Virus record (IMG/VR): IMGVR_UViG_3300020044_011308
Location: 5,070 to 69,069 of that record
Reading direction: 5' to 3' (one strand)
Length of the DNA: 64,000 bases
From: a virus
Lineage: Duplodnaviria > Caudoviricetes
Shown here: positions 56,488-64,000 of the stretch, in pieces
Numbering within the stretch: the first letter of the stretch is position 1
Layout of the letters: each line of letters starts with the position of its first letter
Translations under genes and position numbers: made by a program
The notes under the pieces: model-generated
Told to the model about the DNA's origin: nothing
What the model saw: only the letters and a program-made list of their open reading frames with translations
Database searches by the model: none

Positions 56488-56495
56488 TATAAATA
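56488..56495 (-). promoter_or_regulatory. Class II (late-type) motif TATTTATA
   Basis: Upstream of the tube gene. Confidence 0.65.
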
Positions 56496-56512
56496 TTTAA
56501 TAATTTAATTTT

Positions 56513-58234
56513 TTATCCAGGAAATTCAGCTCCTGTTGGTAATAAGATAAAATCCAATGAAATAAATTCTGCTGTTCTAGTTGGTTGAATATAAATTTGA
56601 CCTACTAATTGATTTTGATCAATTACTGCGGGTCCATTATTTGATTCATCCATTATTATTTTATAAGCATACAATCCTTGTTTTTGTTGGATGCCTTCTA
56701 AGAATGGAGTTACTCTAGCTACAAATGAATTTCTTGTTGCTATTGTATTTTGTTCAAATACTACTGTATCCGCAATTTGACGAATATAATTTTTCATTTC
56801 AATCATCAAACGTCTTACGTTTACACGGTCAAGAGCAGATGCTTGTTTTTGTAATGTTTTTTGTCCAAATACTACAACACCATTTTTAGGTAATGTAGCT
56901 AATGGGTTAATGTTATTACTATATAATGAATCTTTATTAGCTTGAGTTAATTTAAATTGAGCTTGTAGTACTGTAGATAATCCACCACGATTTATTCCTG
57001 CTGGTGCAAACCAAGGTGCAGATACTTTATCATTGAAAGCATATACTCCAGGAATTACTGTTGAAGCAGGTACCCATACTTGTCTTCCTGTTGCAGGATC
57101 AACGATACGAACCCAAGGCCAATACGAAGCAGCATATGATGTGTTTCTGGTTTGAGCCTGCGTTATAGTAGATGCAACTGTGCCATTATAATCGATTAAA
57201 TCTAGCACATATAAATTATCTCCTCTATTTTGAGTATTTGAAATTATTGTAGATACTACTGAGGTATGTTTGTCGTTTAATAGACCTGGGGTAAATAATA
57301 GATTAAATTGGTATGCTTCTTTATTTCCAAATAAAGCAACCATTTTATCATAATCTGATGCTGCTAATCCTTGAGTTGTTGTAGATATTAAGTCATACAT
57401 TGATGCTCCTACGTTTGCGGCAATTGTACCTGTAGCTCCACCAAATGATCCACTTCCATTTGCAGGTAGTGATCCTGAGTATAAATTGCTAGTAAGATTT
57501 CCGTTTGAATCTAAATATGTTGGGGTTGGGTAATTAACAGCTTTAACTCGTACATATCTTGAATTATTTGGATAACTTCCAGATAATTCCATTTGAATAT
57601 TTGTTGAATTATATGCTAATTTTTGATCACCAATTACTAAAGAAATAAAACGATCTGAATTGGGGTCTAAATTAACTCCATTGAATGATTCAAGTATATT
57701 TTTATTATTTATTGTATCATTTCCTTGTCTAATTAATACGTTGAATGTGCCTGATCCTGTATTTGTATTTGTAATTTCAAATCGTATATTATCTTTTGAA
57801 CCACTAATTAAAGCTCCATTAGTTTCTGATCCAGAATTATTCATAATAATTCCTTGTGAAATTGTTTCTAAAGTAAATGGAGATAAATTTAAAGTTCCAT
57901 TAGGGGTTCCAGAACCAGTTGGTATTAAAGAACTAGTTGCAGAAGTATATGTTCCACTTGCTACTCTAGCTACTAATAATGAAGATCCTCCATAATTAAA
58001 ATAATTATATGCAGCAATTGAAGTTAAATATGAATAATTTATTCCTCCACTTATAAAAGAATCTCCAAACAATGATGTATATTGTGAGTATGAAGTTACT
58101 AATGTTGGTACTTCAACAGGGCCTTTAACTGTTGGGCCTATAATAGCGGCTCCGGCTTGTACAGGTTGTCCTGTCAAAAATGTTTGATCTAATTCATTAG
58201 TAGTTACACCTGGTGATACTGTAAAGTTTGCCAT
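56513..58234 (-). CDS. Tail sheath protein 2
   Basis: SPGV, YWPW, WFAPAGINRG, FGQKTL, DRVNVRRL, PTRTAEFI. Confidence 0.93.
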   Translation of the reverse strand: MANFTVSPGVTTNELDQTFLTGQPVQAGAAIIGPTVKGPVEVPTLVTSYSQYTSLFGDSFISGGINYSYLTSIAAYNYFNYGGSSLLVARVASGTYTSATSSLIPTGSGTPNGTLNLSPFTLETISQGIIMNNSGSETNGALISGSKDNIRFEITNTNTGSGTFNVLIRQGNDTINNKNILESFNGVNLDPNSDRFISLVIGDQKLAYNSTNIQMELSGSYPNNSRYVRVKAVNYPTPTYLDSNGNLTSNLYSGSLPANGSGSFGGATGTIAANVGASMYDLISTTTQGLAASDYDKMVALFGNKEAYQFNLLFTPGLLNDKHTSVVSTIISNTQNRGDNLYVLDLIDYNGTVASTITQAQTRNTSYAASYWPWVRIVDPATGRQVWVPASTVIPGVYAFNDKVSAPWFAPAGINRGGLSTVLQAQFKLTQANKDSLYSNNINPLATLPKNGVVVFGQKTLQKQASALDRVNVRRLMIEMKNYIRQIADTVVFEQNTIATRNSFVARVTPFLEGIQQKQGLYAYKIIMDESNNGPAVIDQNQLVGQIYIQPTRTAEFISLDFILLPTGAEFPG

Positions 58235-58246
58235 TTTATTTTTTAT

Positions 58247-58254
58247 TATAAATA
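58247..58254 (-). promoter_or_regulatory. Class II (late-type) motif TATTTATA
   Basis: Upstream of sheath 2. Confidence 0.65.
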
Positions 58255-58279
58255 TTGATTTTCTTATTAAAGTATACTA

Positions 58280-60031
58280 CTAAGCAGGAAATACTGCACC
58301 TGTAGGTAAAATATTAAAATCTAAAAGGATAAATTCAATTGTTTTAGTAGGTTGTAAATAAATTTGACCTACTAATTGGTTTTGATCTACAACAGATGGA
58401 GGATTATTTGACTCATCCATAATTACTTTAAAACTAGTTAAACCTTGTTGTTGTTGAATAGATGATAAATAAGGATTAATTATTGATAATATTTCACTTC
58501 GTGTATTTGCATCATTTTGTTCAAATACAAATGTATCTGCTACTTGAGATATATAATTTTTTAATTCAATTAATAAACGTCTTACATTTACACGATCTAA
58601 TGCGCTTCTTTTCTTTTGTAATGTTTTTTGTCCAAATACTACAACACCAGCACCCGGGAAAGTTGCTATTGGGTTTACATTGGATTGATATAAAGTATCT
58701 CTATTTCCTTGGGTTAAAATACGTTCAGCTTGAATAATAGTTGGTAAAATACCTCTGTTTATACCAGCTGGTGCAAACCAAGGTGCAGCAACACTATCAT
58801 TGAAAGCATATACACTAGGAATCATTGTTGAAGCGGGAACCCACACTTGATTTCCTGTATTAGGGTCAACAGTTTTTAACCAAGGCCAATAAGTAGCCAT
58901 ATATGGTGTATTATATGAGGATACTGTTGAAGTTACAGTACCTATTGTAGCATTATATGGAACTAAATCTATAATAGCTATAGCATCTCCTCTTTCTTGT
59001 ACTGTAGTTTGGATTTGTGTAATAGCAGTTGATGAAGGAGCTCCATGGGAACTTATTAATCCAGGAGCAACTAATATATTATATTTATATGCATCTTTAT
59101 TTGCTAATAAAGAAATGGATTCAGTATATGCATTTGCTGTAAGGCCTTGGATATTATTTGATGTTATATTTTCATAATAATTACCGGCAGATGATGGAAT
59201 ATTAGTTCCTTTAGCTGATCCAAAAGTTCCACTTGATGCTGAGGGAAGTGATCCAGTAAATTGAGGTTTAAAAACTCCATTATTATCTAAATAATTTGGA
59301 GTAGTTTGGTTAACTTGTTTAACTCTAATAATAGAGGAATTATTTTGAAAACTTCCAGTTAATTGAACATAGTATTCTCCATTATCTGAGCGGATAGTTT
59401 CAACTTGATTGCCTATTACTTTTTCAATATAATTTGCAGCAAATGGATCTAATGATAATGGACCCCAACTTTCTACAACTGAAGGATTAATATCTGAGTC
59501 ATTTCCTTGTCTAATAAGTAATGAAAAAGTTCCATCATTTATGTTTGGTGATGTTGTTTGCCATCTAAAATTATCGGCTGAACCACTTAGTAGTGTTCCA
59601 AATGAACCTGTAGGGCCCGTGCTATTCATTATTATCCCCTCAGATAATGTTTCTAGTATAAAAGGAGAAGTATTATAAGGAGAACCTGCAGAATGAGCTG
59701 ATGATGAAATAAATGATGATGTGGCAGGAGTCCAATCTAAAGAGGTACTTCCACTTACTACACGTGTTACTAATAATGTATTTCCTCCACTATTAAAATA
59801 GTTATATGCTGCAATAGAGGTAAAATATGTGTAAGTTTGACTACCACTTAAAAATGTAGATCCAAATTTATTTAAATAATCACTATAAGTAGTACATAAA
59901 ACAGGGATACCAACTTTACCTTTTGGTGTTGGACCTATTATAGCGGCACCAGCTTGTACAGGTTGTTGGGTTATAAATGATTGATCATTTTCTATAGCTA
60001 ATACACCAGGTGATACGATTGTTTCTGCCAT
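58280..60031 (-). CDS. Tail sheath protein 1
   Basis: Same sheath motifs as 56513-58234. Confidence 0.93.
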   Translation of the reverse strand: MAETIVSPGVLAIENDQSFITQQPVQAGAAIIGPTPKGKVGIPVLCTTYSDYLNKFGSTFLSGSQTYTYFTSIAAYNYFNSGGNTLLVTRVVSGSTSLDWTPATSSFISSSAHSAGSPYNTSPFILETLSEGIIMNSTGPTGSFGTLLSGSADNFRWQTTSPNINDGTFSLLIRQGNDSDINPSVVESWGPLSLDPFAANYIEKVIGNQVETIRSDNGEYYVQLTGSFQNNSSIIRVKQVNQTTPNYLDNNGVFKPQFTGSLPSASSGTFGSAKGTNIPSSAGNYYENITSNNIQGLTANAYTESISLLANKDAYKYNILVAPGLISSHGAPSSTAITQIQTTVQERGDAIAIIDLVPYNATIGTVTSTVSSYNTPYMATYWPWLKTVDPNTGNQVWVPASTMIPSVYAFNDSVAAPWFAPAGINRGILPTIIQAERILTQGNRDTLYQSNVNPIATFPGAGVVVFGQKTLQKKRSALDRVNVRRLLIELKNYISQVADTFVFEQNDANTRSEILSIINPYLSSIQQQQGLTSFKVIMDESNNPPSVVDQNQLVGQIYLQPTKTIEFILLDFNILPTGAVFPA

Positions 60032-60050
60032 TTGTTATAAATTATTTTAT

Positions 60051-60058
60051 TATAAATA
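60051..60058 (-). promoter_or_regulatory. Class II (late-type) motif TATTTATA
   Basis: Upstream of sheath 1. Confidence 0.65.
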
Positions 60059-60077
60059 TGGCAAAAATTTGAATATA

Positions 60078-60350
60078 TTAATTTGATTTAATAATTTCGC
60101 CTGTTTCTGGGTCTAGATTAAATTTTCCATATTTATCAAATAAAGTTTTGGTGAATTCTTTTTCTTGATTTGATATTTCTGTTAGGTATGATTTTGCGGT
60201 TTCATATCTATTTTCAACTTGGATTTTAATTAGTGATATTTCACCTAACTCTACTACTAGAGATTCGGTTTTAGATTGTAAGTCTTTTAATGTAGTTTTT
60301 TCTTCTTCTGTTAAAAACTTTTTTTCTGTAACTTCTTGAATAATTGGCAT
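60078..60350 (-). CDS. Small coiled-coil hypothetical protein
   Basis: Ends KYGKFNLDPETGEI. Confidence 0.7.
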   Translation of the reverse strand: MPIIQEVTEKKFLTEEEKTTLKDLQSKTESLVVELGEISLIKIQVENRYETAKSYLTEISNQEKEFTKTLFDKYGKFNLDPETGEIIKSN

Positions 60351-60389
60351 ATTTTGTTTATTTGATTTGTGGTTATATATTAAATTTAT

Positions 60390-63300
60390 TTATGGTCGTC
60401 TAGATGTTCTTATCCATATTCCTTCCATATTTACAAAAGTGTCTACGGTACCGGTACCAATTATTGTAATTGCTCCACCGAGTGCATCTTGTGGTTGATA
60501 AGTAGCACCGTAATATCCGGCATATGTAGCATCTGCATTAATAATAATTATGGTTTGTCCGTCTTCGGGAGTAGCAGGATCGGGAAAATTTATATAATAA
60601 GCTCCTCCTGAATCCATTGATACAAAACGATAAACCCCTGGTCCAGCTATTGGATAATCAAAACCAACCGTAGATAAATTTCCTATAGCATTTGATGGGA
60701 TAAAATATCCAGTTGCGGAAATTGGGTTTGCGGTAATTGTAGTACCATCAAAAATAAGTGTACTTGTACCAGCTAATACTCCTGCATTATTATATTGTAT
60801 TTCAGTAGTTGAACCTGCAGGAGAGGCTGTTCCTAAAAGTGAACCAGTAAATGATGTTGCTGTTAAAGCCCCTGTAATATCTACGGTTTTTGCTGCAAAA
60901 TCACCTTTTATTAATGGTGTACCGGAGCCAGAGGCAATGTATAATTTATTGCTTTCTAAAGTATTTGCAGAAGGTCCTGCTCCAAATCCAATTGCTATAT
61001 TGTTTGAGGAACTTCCGGAAAACAAACATCCTGCATTTTGTCCAAATGCTATATTATTAGTTCCTGTTGTGTTAGAACATAAAGCAGCTTGGCCAAATGC
61101 TATATTATTAGTTCCTGTTGTGTTAGAATTTAAAGCAGCACGTCCTATTGCTGTATTAGCGTTTCCTGTTGTATTAAAAACTAAAGCACTAAATCCTATT
61201 GCTGTGTTGTAGCATCCTGTTGAGTTACTTTGTAAAGCCGTTCTTCCTATTGCTGCATTATAATGTCCTGATGTATTAAGCATTAAACCACGATAACCTA
61301 ATGCTGTGTTGTTGCGTCCTATTGTGTTAGAACATAAAGTGTCTGGACCTATTGCTACATTCTGGTTTCCTACTGTATTAGCTCGTAAAGTACAACGTCC
61401 TATTGCTGTGTTATTGGATCCAGATGTATTAGTGCATAAAGCTTGATATCCTATTGCTGTGTTAAAACTTCCTACTGAATTTGAAAATAAAGCATTACAT
61501 CCTATTGCTGTGTTAGATTGTCCTGTTGTATTATTTTTTAAAGTCTGACTTCCTATTGCTGTATTGTAGCATCCTGTTGTATTAGCATTTAAAGCTTGAT
61601 TTCCTATTGCTGTATTAGAATTTCCTATTGTGTTAGCTCGTAAAGCAAAAATTCCCATTGCTACATTACTGCCTCCTGTTGTATTGGAACATAAAGTACG
61701 ATTACCTATTGCTATGTTATTGTCTACTGTATTGGCGCATAACGCATATTGTCCTATTGCTGTATTGTTGGCTCCTGTTGTGTTAATACATAAAGCATTT
61801 CGTCCTATTGCTGTATTGTCGATTCCTGTTGTATTAGCTCGTAAAGCACAAAGTCCTATTGCTACATTGTAACATCCTGTTGTATTAGCTCGTAAAGCAC
61901 ATTGACCTATTGCTGTGTTATGAGATCCTGATGTATTAGTGCATAAAGCTTGATATCCTATTGCTGTATTAAAGTTTCCTACTGAATTTGTGGTTAAAGC
62001 ACGATTGCCTATTGCTGTATTGTTACATCCTATTGTGTTAGCACATAAAGCACTTTCTCCTATTGCTGTATTAAAGCCTGCTGTTGAGTTAGAGAATAAA
62101 GCACAATCTCCTATTGCTGTATTGCTGGTTCCTGTTGTATTAGAGCGTAAAGCATAACATCCTATTGCTAGATTGTTGTTTCCTGATGTATTAAAGCGTA
62201 AAGCACATTGTCCTATTGCAGTGTTTTTGCATCCTGTTGTACTATATCGTAAAGCACTAGGTCCTATTGCTGTATTACCGTCTCCGGTTGTATTATTACG
62301 TAACGCAGTATCTCCTATTGCTGTATTATTGGATCCTGATGTATTAGCTTGTAAAGTACAAAATCCTATTGCTGTATTGAAGTTTCCTACTGAATTTGTG
62401 GTTAAAGCACGATTACCTATTGCTGTGTTATTACATCCTATTGTGTTGGATTGTAAAGAGCCACTTCCTATTGCTGTGTTGAAACATGCTGCTGTATTAG
62501 AGCATAAAGCAAGAGCTCCTATTGCTGTATTGTGAAGTCCTGTTGTATTAAGACGTAAAGCATTACATCCTATTGCTGTATTGTGGCCTCCTGTTGTAGT
62601 ATTACGTAAAGCATAACAACCTATTGCTGTATTAAAACATCCTGAGTCAACACTAAATAAAGTATTATTACCTATTGCTATATTGCTGCATCCTGTGGTA
62701 TTGTTTCCAAATAAAGCAGCATTACCTATTCCTATATTGTTACATCCTGAGCTAATTCCAAATCCAGCAGATAGTCCTATTGCTACATTGTTGTATCCTG
62801 ATGAGTTAGCTTGTAAAGCTTGGCGACCTAGTGCTATATTGTAACGTCCTGATGTGTTACTTTTTAAAGCATAGCATCCTATTGCTGTATTGTGACATCC
62901 TGTTGAATTAGTAAATAAAGCACGATAACCTATTGCTGCATTGTTGCATCCTGTTGTATTAGCGGATAAAGCACTTCTTCCTATTGCTGTATTGTTGGAT
63001 CCTGATGTGTTAGTGCACATAGCAAGAGTTCCTATTGCGGTATTGTGGGATCCTACTGAATTAGGACCTAAAACAGTATTTCCTATTGCTGTATTGCCCG
63101 TTCCTGATGTATTACATTGTAAAGCACGAACGCCTATTGCTGTATTGCTACCTCCTGTTGTGTTAGTGCATAAAGCAAAAAGTCCTATTGCTGTGTTGTA
63201 ACATCCTGTTGTATTATTTCTTAAAGCATTTTGACCTATTGCTGCATTAAATTGTCCTGTTGTATTATTGCGTAAAGCACTATTTCCTATTGCTGCATTG

Positions 63301-64000
63301 TTGGCTCCTGTTGTGTTAGCACATAAAGCATTAAATCCTATTGCTGCATTGTAAGATCCTGATGTGTTAGTGTATAAAGCTTGATACCCTATTGCTGTAT
63401 TATGGTTTCCTACTGAATTATTTTTTAAAGTAGTATTTCCTATTGCTGTATTGTGGCATCCTATTGTATTAGAATTTAAAGCAAATCTTCCTATTGCGGT
63501 ATTGCTAGCTCCTGTTGTATTAAGGCGTAAAGCAACACATCCTATTGCTGTATTATAGCATCCTGTTGTATTAGCGCATAAAGCATTAAGTCCTATTGCT
63601 GTATTAGTGAAAACATTTCCACCACCTGTGCTTATAAGTAAATTATTAATTGAACCTGTTACACCTAAAGATCCTGTTATTTGAGCGGATCCTGTAAATG
63701 GAAATGCTGCACCACCTCCACCACCACTTCCGGTATTAACGGTAAGTGGAAATGTTGTACCATCACCTTTAGTAAATGTTATTGTATTTGAGGATACAGA
63801 TGCTGTTACTAAAGCATTTGGAGTAGATGAAGCACTTAGTGCTTGAGTTGCATATGAGGCAGTTCCTTGTAGTGAACCAGTAAATGAAGTAGCATTTAAA
63901 CTTCCAGTAATTGCATATGAACCTGTAAGTTGTTTTGAATTTATATATAATTTTTTACCATTACCATTACTCCCGGATGCTACTAGCAAATCACCATCAG
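60390..64000 (-). CDS. Tail fibre/adhesin with Cys-rich 17-aa NTAIG beta-roll repeats, 5' end outside window
   Basis: Frame stays open to the window edge; repeats NTAIGxxALxxNTTGxx resemble YadA-head-type beta-rolls. Confidence 0.8.
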   Translation of the reverse strand, partial: DGDLLVASGSNGNGKKLYINSKQLTGSYAITGSLNATSFTGSLQGTASYATQALSASSTPNALVTASVSSNTITFTKGDGTTFPLTVNTGSGGGGGAAFPFTGSAQITGSLGVTGSINNLLISTGGGNVFTNTAIGLNALCANTTGCYNTAIGCVALRLNTTGASNTAIGRFALNSNTIGCHNTAIGNTTLKNNSVGNHNTAIGYQALYTNTSGSYNAAIGFNALCANTTGANNAAIGNSALRNNTTGQFNAAIGQNALRNNTTGCYNTAIGLFALCTNTTGGSNTAIGVRALQCNTSGTGNTAIGNTVLGPNSVGSHNTAIGTLAMCTNTSGSNNTAIGRSALSANTTGCNNAAIGYRALFTNSTGCHNTAIGCYALKSNTSGRYNIALGRQALQANSSGYNNVAIGLSAGFGISSGCNNIGIGNAALFGNNTTGCSNIAIGNNTLFSVDSGCFNTAIGCYALRNTTTGGHNTAIGCNALRLNTTGLHNTAIGALALCSNTAACFNTAIGSGSLQSNTIGCNNTAIGNRALTTNSVGNFNTAIGFCTLQANTSGSNNTAIGDTALRNNTTGDGNTAIGPSALRYSTTGCKNTAIGQCALRFNTSGNNNLAIGCYALRSNTTGTSNTAIGDCALFSNSTAGFNTAIGESALCANTIGCNNTAIGNRALTTNSVGNFNTAIGYQALCTNTSGSHNTAIGQCALRANTTGCYNVAIGLCALRANTTGIDNTAIGRNALCINTTGANNTAIGQYALCANTVDNNIAIGNRTLCSNTTGGSNVAMGIFALRANTIGNSNTAIGNQALNANTTGCYNTAIGSQTLKNNTTGQSNTAIGCNALFSNSVGSFNTAIGYQALCTNTSGSNNTAIGRCTLRANTVGNQNVAIGPDTLCSNTIGRNNTALGYRGLMLNTSGHYNAAIGRTALQSNSTGCYNTAIGFSALVFNTTGNANTAIGRAALNSNTTGTNNIAFGQAALCSNTTGTNNIAFGQNAGCLFSGSSSNNIAIGFGAGPSANTLESNKLYIASGSGTPLIKGDFAAKTVDITGALTATSFTGSLLGTASPAGSTTEIQYNNAGVLAGTSTLIFDGTTITANPISATGYFIPSNAIGNLSTVGFDYPIAGPGVYRFVSMDSGGAYYINFPDPATPEDGQTIIIINADATYAGYYGATYQPQDALGGAITIIGTGTVDTFVNMEGIWIRTSRRP
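60980..63610 (-). repeat. Intragenic 51-nt tandem repeat (about 50 units)
   Basis: cctattgctgt(a/g)tt recurs every 51 nt. Confidence 0.9.

Noticed and set aside
45881-60031. Bacterial extracellular contractile injection system (multiple sheaths)
   Set aside because: Contiguous with a complete T4-like replisome and lysis-like genes, so a phage tail is the simpler reading

Overview
A 64-kb AT-rich piece of a large lytic myovirus (contractile-tail, T4-like/jumbo-type) genome. The host is probably Bacteroidota, judging from TTG-N20-TAnnTTT promoters, A-rich translation starts without Shine-Dalgarno motifs and a lipoprotein. All credible genes are on the minus strand and use the standard code. 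In transcription order (right to left) the window holds: a Cys-rich beta-roll tail fibre, two tandem tail sheath genes, tail tube, a tail-assembly chaperone with a probable U7 frameshift, tape measure and baseplate genes. Next come an atypical short PolA-like polymerase, SSB, RecA, 5'-3' exonuclease, DnaB-like helicase and NrdB/NrdA, then a lysis-like cassette (three holin-like genes, an orphan sensor domain, a YkuD-motif hydrolase) and two more fibres/adhesins. These are followed by a sulfation cassette (sulfotransferase, CysC, HxGH nucleotidyltransferase, DUF2061, GT9-like), a 7-deazaguanine cluster (TGT/DpdA-like, QueC lacking Zn cysteines, QueD, QueE, PRTase, FolE, MazG-like) next to PolB, then clamp, GroES/EL, clamp loader, a Cas4-like nuclease and a GT4 glycosyltransferase. 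Structure read directly from the sequence includes 14 copies of a fixed-spacer promoter (five giving apparently leaderless mRNAs, four fused to a repeated terminator), a second TAT(T/G)TATA late-type motif, late-expressed orphan genes sharing RMxxLAGI or MKLxxLxE peptide tags, a triple-hairpin candidate RNA and several unlisted micro-ORFs. All functional calls come from motif recognition by eye; no database search was run.
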